Shown: one piece after another, positions 50,679 to 63,693 of the stretch
Numbering within the stretch: position 1 is the first letter of the stretch
How the letters are laid out: each line of letters starts with the position of its first letter
NCBI GenBank assembly: GCA_030390025.1
Contig: CM059432.1
Coordinates: forward strand, 82,524,001-82,588,000
Direction: 5' to 3'
DNA: 64,000 nt
Origin: Squalus acanthias
Taxonomy: Eukaryota
Notes under the pieces: model-generated
Told to the model about the DNA's origin: nothing
The model's input: only the letters and a program-made list of their open reading frames with translations
Database searches by the model: none
Translations under genes and position numbers: made by a program

Positions 50679-51573
50679 CCAAGTATAGAGATGCGTTCTC
50701 TGTTTTGACATTATCGTCCAGGTAGGTGGGCCCCAGGGTGTAAATGGGTGTGGAGCCCACGCCTATGAGGAACTGGGCGCAGACAAAAAGAGCCACATAG
50801 AGCGAGTGTTGATGGCTGGAAGAGTCCTTGTTGGCACAGCCGGAATCCGAGTCTCTGCCCCCGGTGCCATTGCCGGCGCTGCACAGCCCCTGGTTGGAGG
50901 CGGACCTGTTCAACTCCTGGATCTGATGCGGGGGGGAGATGAAATGCGGCAGGGTGAACAGAGCGGCTCCGACTGCGATGAAAAGACCGCCCACGGCCAA
51001 CCAGCGGGGTCTGCGCCCTCGACCCCCGAAGTAACTGATAAAAACCACCACCAGCAAGCTGCCGATGTCGAAGCAGCTGACCAGGAGCCCGGACTCGGAG
51101 CTCTTCAGGTTGTACCTCCTCTCCATGGTGGTGATGACGCTGCTGAGGTAGCCGGACACCATGAGGGACTGGATGAAAGTCAGGCAACACATGCAGAGGA
51201 GGAAACACCTGGAGTCGCCGAGCACCAGCCCCGGGCAGCGGCTGCCCAGCCGGCCGGCACAGGCAGGTCGGGGCGACCAACAGCCCGGCTGGGCGGCTGA
51301 GGGCGGCGAGCCGCCTCCTGAGCCCGATTTCCAGCTCCTGGGCACCGGCTGCCCGCTGCTCGGCGAGGCTGTGGAGGAAAACGCTGCCGCCGAGGTGCTC
51401 TTGGTGGGAGTCAGCTCCGATTCCCGGGCTCCCGGCGACGACAAGTCCCAACCATTTAAAGCGGGCAAACTTTTGCATTTGAAATGCTCGCCCGGCTGCT
51501 GTGTAGCGGCGGCCGCCGACTGCTGCTGGCCGCTGATGTTAGCAGCACCTTCCAGGACTGAGTTTGAAGCCAT
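50679..51573 (-). CDS. SLCO5A1: Solute carrier organic anion transporter family member 5A1 (OATP5A1), first coding exon
   Basis: [52 protein letters not shown]...YFGGRGRRP...[16 protein letters not shown]...SLYL matches OATP5A1 as recalled; Kozak CCACCATGG; phase-1 donor G|GTAAGT at 50679/50678; no downstream exon recognised in the window. Confidence 0.93.
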
Positions 51574-52400
51574 GGTGGTGGTGATGATGATGGTGATCCG
51601 CGATCAGAGAGTTCACTCCTCCCGAAATAATTGCATTCAAATCCAAAACAGTGCTGCCCCGGTTAACGGGAGCGAAGGGCTAGGAAGTGCCCGGGACTGC
51701 CGGGCGCGCTGACTGACAGCTCCAGGGACCAGCAGAGTGTCTGCAGGGACATCGCGCGGGAGCGCTCCTCACACCGCCAGCACCAGCACCAGCCGCTCTC
51801 GCCAGAACAACCCTCTCAAGGCGCCGGCCGCAGCATTTGCACAGATGTCGGTGGACAGGACGTGCGAGGGAGGCTGTGCAACTGGCGCGGTGTCCATAAC
51901 CTCTGCGGGAACCAGCAGTGCTCCCGCCGGCGAGAGCCAGCATTAACCACACTCACTCACTCACTCACACACTCAGTGATCCAGGGGGGGTGGGGGAAGC
52001 CGGCCCCCGCCGCCAGCAAGTGCAGTCTGGCGATTGTAGTCTTCGCAGCACTTGTCAGTTCTGAGGGAGGAAGAAATGCCTCTGACCGCTGGTCGATGCA
52101 CGCACCACACAGGAGCTGGACAAGAATGGCGCCCTGCTTTTTATTTATTACTATTTATAATGATTTCGGGTTTCTGTGGCGCTGTTGCTGGCCGGATGCT
52201 AAGCATCAGTCAACTACATTTCCCAGAACCGTGCGCGTCCCGCCGGCCACAAGGTCGCCAACAGTCCGGCTCCGCGAGTCTATATTTGTCTTTAAATATG
52301 TTTTCATAATCCAAGCACATTTCTCCACCAGTGTACTCATTCAGCCTGTGAATAACCAGGGGCGACCGCCAGCGTTCCAGCTAAAATGTCCACGAGCGCA
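50750..52400. promoter_or_regulatory. CpG island over the SLCO5A1 start and upstream region
   Basis: High GC and CpG density in TE-free sequence, contrasting with CpG-poor flanks. Confidence 0.7.
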
Positions 52401-53326
52401 GTTAAGTCTGGTGCTTTTTGATATTAATAAACATCAAGGAATCATTGCACAGCACAGACCAAAGCTATGGCATTGGTAAAGCAAATGAAAAAAAAACACC
52501 CAACCGCACTCAGTCAACCCATGGGTAGGAAGGCTGGAACCTATCTTGAAATCTAGCTGAAAATAATTCAGGCATCATGACATTCCTTCCCAAAATAACA
52601 ATCACTATTATTTAACCATTACATAGCCGTTCGACAAAATTAAGAAAAGCTTTTAAAACCGTGACTGAAAATGTTCCGCTCCCAACTCCTACTTCAGGGA
52701 TATTAGTGCGACCATAACTGGTACTCGCCAGTGGTCAGATACAACCGGATTTTACCGGAAACAAGATCATGGATTTAACAGCTATTAGCTGTGGCTCCAT
52801 TAATATTTACGGTTCACTTTGAAACAAGTCATGGAATGCTCTTAGCAGCTTTTTAAATTGAGAAACCCAAGATGAAGGACCAAGGCTCATAGTGCAGGGC
52901 ACCACTAATGCTGAAAAGAGCGAAAGAGATTGGCTGGGATTTTGCGTTGAGAATGAAGGTGAGACTATCAGCGCTCACTGTTATTATGGAGTAAATCGGA
53001 CAGCAACTTCCAGAGTTCACACATGCGCAGTTAAACCAGAAGTTGCAGGCCGAGTTAGCCTGCTCCTCCACTGGCTGCACTGTAACAGTCCTTGCCGATA
53101 GACTCAGCATTGAAATCCATGTAAGGGTGTGAAGTTGCGGTACTTACCCGCTGGTTACCCACTAAACATGCCAGAGAAAGTTAGGGCTGGTGCATTCAGA
53201 TGTAAGTGAATTTTTAACAGCGTGATAAGTCATAATTACTGTCAAACAACCTCTCTGGCCCTGAAAGTGTAATTTTACAAGTGTGGAGTCTCATTCCTTC
53301 AGAATTTAATTGGTGTTGGAGATTTT

Positions 53327-53691
53327 AATTGAGGTGTATAAAATTATGAGGGGCCTAGGTCGAGTGGATGGAAAGGACCTATTTCCCTTAGCAGAGAGGT
53401 CAGTAAACGGGGCATAGATTTAAAGTAATTGGTAGAAGGATTAGAGGGGAGTTGAGAACTTTTTTCATCCAGAGGATGGTTGGGGTCTGGCACTCACTGT
53501 CTGAATGGGTGGTAGAGGCAGAAACCCTCATCACATTTAAAAAGTACTTGGATATGCACTTGAAGTGCCGTAAGCTACAAGGGTACGGACCAAGAGCTGG
53601 AAAAGTGGGATTAGGCTAGATAGATCTTTTTTGGCCAGCACAGACACAATGGTTGAATGGCCTCCTTCTGTGCCATAAATTTCTATGATTT
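53327..53691 (+). mobile_element. CR1 3' fragment
   Basis: Same 3' end as 12900-13278. Confidence 0.9.
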
Positions 53692-54229
53692 CAACACAGT
53701 GGGATGTAGAGAGGAGGAAGAGCACACAGGATGTCATAGTTACAGCTTGCGGGGGGGGGGGGGGGGACAAGAGAGGAGCAAGGACGACAGTATCAATAAA
53801 ATAGAAGTTTGAGTGCTTCCCAGATGACCAAGTGTGTAAAGGCACTACCCAGTGTAGCACTGAACTATACCAACCGGAAGCTGGCTGCCATTTGCTGAAT
53901 TTGCTGATCTCAGCTGGAGAGGTGCTGCAATTGGGTTCAGTTCCACTGCATTAGGGAAGGGAAAAATAAACCAGGTTTCAGTTCATAATTGTTACCCTGT
54001 GACTCATGCTGGAAAATGTGTGTTTATTGACATCGGATGTGGACAAAATCAGGATCAGCTATGATGCCCTCAAGTACTGAGTAGTGCACAGTTATCCTCC
54101 AGATTCATAAATAAATCACTTTGACAACATACTATGGACTATACCCCAGCAAAAGTCAGCATTCCAAGAGAGTAGGAGACAATAAGATGAGGAAAAGAAG
54201 AGAGATGTAGGTATCTTCCTTGACATAAT

Positions 54230-55909
54230 GGGTTGAATTTTGCGGGGGGTCAGCGGGCACGATCGATGGTGGGTCAGGCGGGAAAATGTTTTTTTGACTG
54301 CAGGTCGGGACCCCGCTGTCAACCCGCCGCCACGCACCTTTCCCAAATGTCGGGTCTGCCAGCGCTGAGCAAACCCAACACGCAGTGGCGGGGGAGGCAA
54401 TTGAAATCAACAAGCCACTTAACAACTTTTTCCCAACTTTTTGATTTTGACAGGTTTCCCACTGTGCCTAGACCTTGTCAGTGAAGCTGAGGTGGGAGGT
54501 GACTTGCCATTCTTTCAGTTGATGAGTTGACAGCTTCAAATGTCAAGTCAAAGCTCCCAGCTGAATCAGATACCTTCCCTTAGCCACTAGCTTCTCTATA
54601 CTGCATTTCTACTACAGATTCACCACGCTGCAAGTCTTTACACAAGTCTCCATCCAGTCTGACCTCATTACCTCTCCCACCATTGACAGATCGCTTCTGT
54701 CATCTCTACTTCACCTGCCATCTATTCCATCAGCACCGGTGCCCTTGAAACTATCTCACCTTGGTCCTCAGAATCCCACCACAATCAGCCCCAACACCAG
54801 CAGCACCAACAACACCAACCTTCTCCGCAATCACCTGATGCTGCACAGGACATAGGGCATCAACACCCGAGCACATTACTGCCCGGGATGGCCTCACCAT
54901 GGCCAGATTTACTTCACTTGATGCTGTACACCCTGGCTGCCACACGATGCGCCAGGTTGGCACCAACCCACACCAACACCATAAAGCATCCCTACAATGC
55001 GCAAGCCATTCCTTTCACACTCCTCACCAGTGCAGGGGATACCGTTATGTCTCACTATTCACTGTAACTCATTAAGCCACTTCCTAAGGTGCACACAAAT
55101 CTGTCCAAGAACGCAAAGTGTTGAAAATAAAGGTTTCAATGTTTGACAGCACATTATCAGAAACTTTACATGAACATTGCACAAAATATCCAAGTGCCTA
55201 CCCTTGTGCTTTGCTAGTTGGTATGATTGCACTAGGATGAGGGTGAGTGTGAGGGGTGGCTGGTGAGATGGGGAAGTGATAATGTAGATAGAGAGGGATG
55301 GGTGGAGGTGCAAGATAAGTTGGTGTGAGTAAGGATATGCAGGAGTAGGGTAGGGAAGGCAGAGTGATGGGGATGTGATGAGTGGCACAGCAGGATGAGG
55401 TTGAGTGTGGCTTTGTACTAACATTTCGTGATCTACTGATATCATTGAAAGGTTTGCGCCACTGCAGTCTGGTCCTCCTGACAACATCACTGCTTGTGTC
55501 TTCCTGTGCAATGTACAACCAGGCTGGGGAGGTCTCTTCTGCCCATTGGAAGGGAAGAGAACCTCCCTGCATGCTGTGGAGGGAGTCATGGGAGAGCCTG
55601 GGTGCAGCCGTGCACCTCTGTGCAGTGCTTGTCAATGTTTGCAGTACCTCAATGCTGTAGAACACTGAAAGCACAAATGTTAAAATCAATTTGCGCATGG
55701 TCCCTTTAAGGAAACTGGCTGACGACGCATCATCAAATGACGTCATCAGACCCACTTCCTTCAATTGGCCGGCAAACGCGCTGGGCAGGCTTAACAAGCC
55801 CAATCAGGGGAAAATCATTTTGGACAGCAGGCTGGAGCCGGCAGCGAGGCCGGGACCCGTCACTAATGTCGTCCGCCACAGACCCGCCGAGGTTGGTAAA
55901 ATCCAGCCC
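54230..55909 (-). mobile_element. 1.7-kb non-autonomous Harbinger element with Myb-like exon 1
   Basis: TIR GGGTTGAATTTT / AAAATCCAGCCC; TSD AAT/AAC; core homologous to 32888-34608. Confidence 0.85.
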
Positions 55910-57044
55910 AACATTCCTGTGGTCCCAGCAGTTCAGGAACCATTTTTCCACACCGCTGAATTGTACAGCTGAAGCATCTCTGTCTGCATTCATCTTTATA
56001 ACCCTTAGTCCCCTTCCAAACCAGATACTCATCCAGTTCTTTGGTGCAATCAGCGTTTTTAAAAATAATATTGCAAGGATTATCCTTCTCCTTGCATTAA
56101 TGAATCGTATGAATAGCAGAAGACCCAGAAAAAGATCCCTCCATTAATTTTAAACAATCTCATACATACTTACCACATTTAATGTAAAAAGACTGCTCAC
56201 TATAAAGTCATATACAAGTGCATAACCAAACAAAATATGCTTCCACAATTACTTTAACATTTAAAGGCAATATGTTTATTTTAACATAATTTCAGTGGAC
56301 CGTTATTTAGAAGAGCTTGTTTTAAAATTACAGGTTTGTTTTAAATTTATTATGGGTAATATGGGCCATGGTCCCTCATCTTTTAAAATTAGAAATTGAT
56401 ACCCATATCTGGCTCCCTGTACACTGAATCAACTGCAGTGACAAATATGACTATTAGCTGTTAAACCACCAACCATGTCAAACAGGAATACAGCTATAAG
56501 TGGTGTGGTCATGCCTTTCATTAAATTATTCACCTTTCATTTCATTTAACCACAGTAATTTTTCTCAATGTTTCCTATTCCTTGAATCACAAAGTCTCAG
56601 GTTCACCCATGGGTCTGTGCTACTTTAACTGATCTCGGCCAAGGTGTTGGGGCACTACAATTGGCCATGATGCTCTAGCATGAGTCAATGCCTATAGGAG
56701 AGAATGGGAGAAAATTGGACAAAGGGAAAATAAACAATTCCATATTATTTGTGCTCTATCTCTGTGGGCTCAGTTGCATAGAAAATTTTATCAAACAAAT
56801 ATAAGCAGATATAATAGAAAGGTGTCAAAATAGAAACCATAGATGCTATTAAATTAACTGCCATAAGTCAATATTAAAGCAATTATTCACAAGTCAATGT
56901 TAAATATGAAACTTTAATATGATCTGCTAGATTCTGAACTGCTAAATACACCTCAGCACTTCTTAATTAATTCTCCTTTGTTTTGCAGAAGGAAGGCCAA
57001 TATCAGGGTGTGTTACAGTTTTGATACTTTTGCATCTGTGTTGT

Positions 57045-58578
57045 ATCAGCTGTGGTCAGTTGGTAGCACTCTCGCCTCTGAGTTCAGAGGTTGTGGGTTC
57101 AAGTCCCACTCCAGAGACTTAAGCACAAAAATCTAGGCTGACACTTCAGTGTACTGCTGAGGGAGTGTCGGAGTTGCCATCTTTTGGATGAGAAGTTAAA
57201 CCGAGATCCTGTCTGCTCTCTCAGGTGGATGTAAAAGATCCCATGGCACTATTTCGAAGAAGAGCAGGGGAGTTATTCTTGGTGTCCTGGCCAATATTTC
57301 TCTTCTTCTTCTTAGGCAGTCCCTCGGAACCGAGGATGACTTGCTTCCACATTAAAAATGGGTTCTCAGGTGACTGATGAGCCCAATGCGGGACCTACAG
57401 TCTCTGTCACAGGTGGGGCAGACGGTGGTTGAAAGGGCGGGTGAGTGGGGTGCTTGGGTTGATGTGCGCTCCTTCCGCTGTTTGCGCTTGGTTTCTGCTT
57501 GCTCCCGGCGAAGAGACTCGAGGTGTTCGACGCCTTCCCAGATGCTTCTCCTCCACTTTGTGCGGTCTTGATCCAGGGATTCCCAGGTGTCAATGGGGAT
57601 GTTGCACCTTTTCAAGGAGATTTTGAGGGTGTCCTTGAAGCATTTCCTCTGCCCACCTGGGGATCTCTTGCCGTGTCAGAGCTCCGAGTAGAGCGCTTGT
57701 TTTGGGAGTCTCGTATCGGGCATGCGGACGATGTGACCCATCCATCGGAGCTGATCGAGCGTGGTCAAAGCTTCAATGCTGGGGATGTTGGCCTGAGCAA
57801 GAATACTGACGTTGGTGTGCCTATCCTGCCAATGGATTTGCAGGATCTTGCGGAGGCAGCGTTGGTGGTATCTCTCCAGTGCTTTGAGGTGCCTGCTGTA
57901 CATGGTTCATGTCTCTGAGGCATACAGCTGGGCAGGTATCACTGCTGCTCTGTAGACCATGAGCTTAGTGCCCGGTTTGAGGTCCTGGTCTTCAAACACT
58001 CTCTTCCTCAGGCGACCGAAGGCTGCACTGGCACACTGAAGGCGGTGTTGGACTTCGTCATTGATGTCTGCCCTTGTTGACAGTAGGCTCCCGAGGTATG
58101 GAAAGTGGTCCACGTTGTCCAAGGCCTTGTCGTGGATTTTGATAATCGGGGGCCAGTACTGTGTGGCGGGGGCAGGTTGGTAGAGGACCTTTGTCTTACG
58201 GATGTTTAGTGTAAGGCCTATGCTCTCATATGCTTCGGTGAAGGTGTTGATGATGGTTTGGAGTTCGACCTCCGAGGGAGCGCAGACGCAAGCGTCGTCT
58301 GCATAATATAATTCGACGACAGAGGATGGGACGACCTTGGATCTGGACTGGAGGCGACGTGGCCAATATTTATCCCTCAATCAACATCACAAAAAAAAGA
58401 TAATCTGGTCATTATCATATTGCTGTTTGTGGGACCTTGCTGTGTGCAAATTGGCTGCTGCGTTTCCTACATTACAACAGTGACTACACTCCAAAAGTAC
58501 TTAGTTGGCTGTGAAGCACTTTGGGACGCCCTGAGGTCATGAAAGGCGCTCTATAAATGCAAGTCTTTCATTCTTTCT
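57045..58578 (+). mobile_element. Deu-domain SINE split by an RTE insertion
   Basis: Same family as 44968-45428; B box GGTTCAAGTCC; halves at 57045-57299 and 58360-58578. Confidence 0.85.
57300..58359 (-). mobile_element. 5'-truncated RTE-clade LINE
   Basis: ELYYADD...GLTLNIRKTKVL peptide; C-terminal CPTC...HLRTH; (AAG)n tail; 12-bp TSD TGGCCAATATTT at 57288-57299 and 58360-58371. Confidence 0.92.
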
Positions 58579-59627
58579 ATTGTGATTTCACACCTTAGAC
58601 TGGCACACAGCCCATTGCCTTCAATTACCAATCCCCTGCTCACCACAATGTTTTATTTTTAAGACAGAAGGAAAGAAAAAGTATGGAACTTTGCATAGTT
58701 TGTAAATGATAGATGGTGGTTGTGGTTGCTTGTTATTTTTAGATATGAACATCATCCATTGTGTGTAATGGAGGCAGATTTTGTCTTTTGCACCATGCTG
58801 TAAATAATTGCCTGGAATGAGTGCAGAGAGAAATATTAGGAAGGCCTGCCAGTAATGGAACCTGTTCGATTTTCCATCTATTTAAATTGATGGATGCAAA
58901 ATCAAGTGGACTCCATTTCATGCAAATAATCTTTCTTGCCTGATTTTCCTCTTTGCACAAGACCAGGAGAGGAAAATCTGCAAAAGCGGTCAGTCTACCT
59001 CATTCCAGGAATGAACTCTATAGTGCCTATTTTCCAAAAATGCACAGACACAAGCATTTAGTGCACTTGTACAACACTCCTATGTGGGCTGTTTTTAGGT
59101 AGGCATTACTTAGTTTGTTTTAATTAGGTTAATGTCTATCTAAAAATAGAACACAGAGCAATGCCATATAAGCATTCATCCCTGGGCTTTGCCAATCAGA
59201 AAGTATACCCTTACCCTACTGTATGCCTACATAAAAACAATCACTGCACTTGTGTAATTCATTATCTGAAGCACTTTGAGACATTTTGAGATGATAAGTT
59301 ACTATATAAATGTAGGTAGCATATTAATATTTCTCATGCACAGAGGTTATGTTGAAGGGCAGAAGCAAGTAGTGACATATCTAACTATACTGGTGCAATA
59401 GGGAAGAGAGCCAAACTAAATTCTGTTTCCAAACTGGGCCAGTTGGGTTAGTACAACCACTTTCTAAATTTAGGATCAGGTTGATCTGTTGCTTAACAAA
59501 AAAGGCACTAACATTGCACAGTGATAAATTAACTACATCATATACAGACTGACCATCCCACTCTAACTTCCCTTGTTATAATAGTCAGTGAGTGTCTCTC
59601 ATCTATGGCCAAAGCAACAATCTTTGT

Positions 59628-59760
59628 TTTGATGAAGGGTCTGCACCCAAAGCATTAACCTGATTTTTCTCTAATTCAGATACTGATGGGCATGCTGTGT
59701 ATTTCCAGCATTTTCTATTTTTATTTCTCATTTCCAGCATTTGCAGTTTTTTCTTTTTAT
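59628..59760 (+). mobile_element. Degraded copy of the short Penelope-type repeat
   Basis: TGATGAAGGGTC...TATTTCCAGCATTTTCTATTTTTATTTC, similar to 43947-44080. Confidence 0.6.
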
Positions 59761-60199
59761 CTGCAACAAACCTAAATGCCTTTTTTCAGTTTTTCCAAAA
59801 GATGGGTATTTTTAATTTTCCCTTTTTGCACTGTTACACTGATTTTGACATCAGTACTGTACCTGCATTAGACCAATACAGAGCCCGCACTGCTGAATTA
59901 TTCTGCTGGTTCCCCAGCACCCCTAAAACCTCTGCGTAAGTGTGTTTATAAGCATGTGCAGGTGTATTCAATGGCTGCATGCTGGTTGAAGTTTTGGTAT
60001 CAGTGAAAAGCCATTGGGAAGGTTTGCTTTATGCTAGTCTTAAATAATTAACTGTAAAAGTTCTCAGACAACCAAATGGACTGGCTGGAAGCCTTTAAAG
60101 TTTGCTTCACACCAGTTGCCATTAAGATACACCCAGTGTGACTTTGCTCTCCAGTTATACTTCAACATTTGCATTGATTTGGTCCATTCAGGACCAGAT

Positions 60200-60455
60200 A
60201 CTTAGTGCAGGACTGAGGGAGTGCTGCATTGTTCGAGGTGCCGTCTTTCAGAAGAGATGTTAAACTGAGGCCCCATATGCTTGTTCAGGAAGATGTAAAA
60301 GATCCCATGGCAACATCAGTCGGAGTTCTCATGGTGTTCTGGTCAACATTCTGCCCTCAACCAAAAACAAATGTTCTGATCATTCATTAATTTGATATTG
60401 TGGGAACTTGTGCGAATTGGCTGCTGCTGTATTTCCCTGCATAACAACGGCAACT
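60200..60455 (+). mobile_element. Degraded Deu-domain SINE fragment
   Basis: GAGGGAGTGCTGCA...TAAAAGATCCCATGGC body; cut by the next element. Confidence 0.7.
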
Positions 60456-61148
60456 GAGGGGGGAATTTTTCGGGGGGGCAGCGGGTGCGTTTGGTGGCGG
60501 GTCGGCTGGGAAATTATTTTTTTTGACAGTGGGTAGGGAACCTGCTGTCAACCCGCCGCCACACTAGTTTCCCAGATGTCGGGCCTGTCATCGCTGAACA
60601 GACCCGACACCAAGTGACAGGGGAGGCAATTTAGATTATTAAGAGCTTGTTAACAGGCACTTAAAAACTATTTTAAGCTCACCTTTAGATTTTAAGACTT
60701 CACCCACGGCTTCCTCGCTGCTCGGGGATCACGTTAGGTAAGCAGGCCAGGAGTTGGGTCAGCGTGGGATGATTTCTTAACTTGACAGCTGCAAATCTTT
60801 TATAAAAGGTCCATTTCATAGCTGTTCACTTTCCAAGCTCAGAAGCTGTTGCTCACTGCATTTGGAAGACAGATGTAGCTTTATGCAGCTTGCAAATGTT
60901 TGGAGCAAATTCTGAATCCACTCTCACCTCATTGAAACAACCTCTCCCACCACTGACAGATCGCTTCTGTCATCTAAACCTCACCTGCCATCTATTCCAT
61001 CAGCACCGGTGCCCCTGAAACTATCTCACCTTGGTCCTCAGAATCCCACCACGATCAGCCACAACACAAACACAAACATTCTCCGCAGTCAGCTGGTGCT
61101 GCACAGGACGCAGGGCATCAGCACCCGACCACATTGCTGCCCGGGACG
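60456..61148 (-). mobile_element. Truncated third copy of the 1.7-kb Harbinger family
   Basis: GGGGGGAATTTTT terminus; TGACAGATCGCTTCTGTCA core shared with ~33310 and ~54685; ends at a CR1. Confidence 0.75.
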
Positions 61149-61159
61149 ATTGGAAAAAA

Positions 61160-62670
61160 AAACGATAGAGAAGATTGGAAAATTATGGCAAGCCCTTCCG
61201 CTATCTCCTCCCCCAATTCCCTTAGCAATCTGGGATGCAAGCCATCAGGACCAGGCGACTTATCCACTCTAAGCATACCCAGTCTTTCTCGTACATCCTG
61301 TCTATCAATTTTCACCCCTTCCATTGCTTCTACCTTTTCCACTGCTACCAATATTTTGTATTCTAGCCTTACCCTGCGCCTCTAAGCATATAACACCTTC
61401 TTTGTCGCTAATAGACCCCACCCCGCCTCTTACTACCCGCTTACTGTTTACATGCCGGTCGAAGATTTTTGGGTTCCCTTTTATGTTAACTGCCATTCTA
61501 CTCTCATATTCTCTCTTTGCCAATCTTATTTTCATCTTCACTTCCCCTCTCAACTTATTGTATTTGGTCTGGCTCTCCCTTGAAGAATTCACCTGACATG
61601 CATCATACACCCTCTTTTTTTGTTTCATCATCTTCACTATCTCCCTCGTCATCCAAGGAGCCCTTGCTTTGGTTCCCTTACCCTTCCCTCTTGTTGGAAT
61701 GTACCTAGCCTGTACTTGGAACATCTCCTCCTTAAAGATCACCCATTGTTCCATTGCAGTTTTTCCTGTCAGTCTTTGGTTCCATTTTACCCTGGCTAGA
61801 TCCTTTTGCATCCCATTGAAGTTAGCCCTATTCCAGTTTAGAATTTCCACTCTAGACTGTTCCTTGCTCCTCTCCATTGCTAATCTAAATCTTATGATAC
61901 GATGATCACTCGTACCCAAGTGTTCTCCCACAGACAATTGGTCGACCTGGCCCACCTCATTCCCCAGCACCAGATCCAGCAATGCCCCCTTCCTAGTTGG
62001 GCCAACAACATATTGGTCAAAGAAATTCTCCTGAACACATTTCAGCAATTCCTCCCCCTCCTTTCCCTTTACCCTAGCATTATCCCAATCGATATTGGGT
62101 AATTAAAGTCCCCCAATATTACCACTCTATAGCTCTTGCATATCTCTGCGATTTCCCTGCAGATTTGCTCCTCTACCTCCCTCTCACTATATGGAGGCCT
62201 ATAGAATACCCCCAATAGTGTGATCATACCCTTTTTGCTCCTCAACTCTAACCAAATGGATTCTGTCCTTGTCCCCTCAAGAATATCCTCCCTTTCCAAC
62301 ATTACAATGTCTTCCTTAATCAGCACTGCCACCCCACCTCCCTTTTTTCCTTCCCTATCTTTTCTGAACACCTTGTACCCTTGAATATTAAGTGCCCAGT
62401 CCTCACCATTTTTAAGCCACGTTTCCGTTATTGCCACAACATCATATTGCCACACGGCTAATTGTGCTTGTAGCTCACCAACCCTATTCACCACACTTTG
62501 TGCGTTTACATACATGCATTCTAAATCCATTTTTGAATTTTTCGTAGTCTTTCTTAGTCTGCTCCTATCTAATATGGTACTACTTCCCCCTCTAGTACTA
62601 CTTTCTTCTCTAGTACTATCCAACACACTCACACTTTCATGCACCTTGTTCCTCTTTTCTACTCCTATAT
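61160..62670 (-). mobile_element. CR1 ORF2 5' part (endonuclease and linker)
   Basis: YVNAQS, ITETW, ILGDFN and SDHR motifs; same subfamily as 27500-30712. Confidence 0.92.
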
Positions 62671-63530
62671 GCTGGTGGTTGAGAATGTTACACATTCCCT
62701 ACAACTAAGCTTTCAGAAGCCTGATTTTCTTTTCCAATACTGCCTCTTTTTCCTTTCCTCTCTTGAAAGTGCTGCCTCTTATGGTTCCATGAGTGCCGAC
62801 AGCCCTCAGATTCCTAACTGTGCCCTCATCTAATGTCCACATACTTACAGGAGCGATCAAGAGTGGAAACTCTGATTGATTTTGTCGTCTCTAATCCAGG
62901 TGTGATGATGCCAATTACAGCAAGGATTCTCAACCTTTTTGCTTCTGAGGCCCCCCCGCCACCCCCCACCCCCCACCCCGTGTTATAAAAGTTCTACGAA
63001 CTCCCTGTAACACAGCACAAGTATCTTTTTTGTATTAAAATTAGTTATACAATTAAACATATCTATTTATTATTATTTTTGTTTGACTTAATGTGAAACA
63101 TTACACATTACGTAAAAATGGAACATATTAACTTTTGCGCTATCAGCATGTAATAAGCACACCAACCAGGGATGGGCATAAATGCCAGCCTTGCCCACAT
63201 CCCAAGAATCAAAATATATATTAAAAATATCCCAGCCCTCACCTATAAGTGAGTAAAGCATAATACCCCAACCTCAAATGGGCGAATATATCATCAGATA
63301 CCCCACATGGACAAGCAAAGCATCAGATACCCCAGGTGGGTGAACAAAGGATCAGATACCCCAACCCCTTTTGAAGAAATGTTGCCTGCTCTTCCTGTAG
63401 ATGTTGACTGGCCTGCTGTTTTCCAGTATGTGTACTGTTGAAGTCATTTGCTTTTTACCTCCCTATGAAGGGGACGCTTTGGTAAGACATATTGTGAACC
63501 TGTACCACATTCATTCCCAGTTCTAGGGAG

Positions 63531-63693
63531 CAATGTTCCCATTAAGCTGCACGGCTGCACAGCGGTCTAGAGCTCCCGCGCAGCTGTCTCACCAGCTTTT
63601 AAATAGAAAAACCGCGCATGCGTGGAAATTTGAATGGGCCACGCAGCCTATTAAAGGGGCCGCACACCCAAAAAAAAATGAAAGCAAACATTG
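63531..63693. mobile_element. hAT-type MITE, inverted copy of 41630-41792
   Basis: CAATGTT...AACATTG ends; degenerate 8-bp TSD CTAGGGAG/CCTGGGAG; interior is the reverse complement of 41630-41792. Confidence 0.8.

Noticed and set aside
50711..52479. Several long overlapping ORFs (255, 164, 183 and 205 aa)
   Set aside because: Alternative-frame or antisense shadows of the GC-rich SLCO5A1 exon and CpG island; no domain signal.
62921..63400. hAT-like left end (CAAGGATTCTCAACCTTTTT) and short ATCAGATACCCC repeats
   Set aside because: No matching right TIR or TSD within the window, so the element cannot be delimited.
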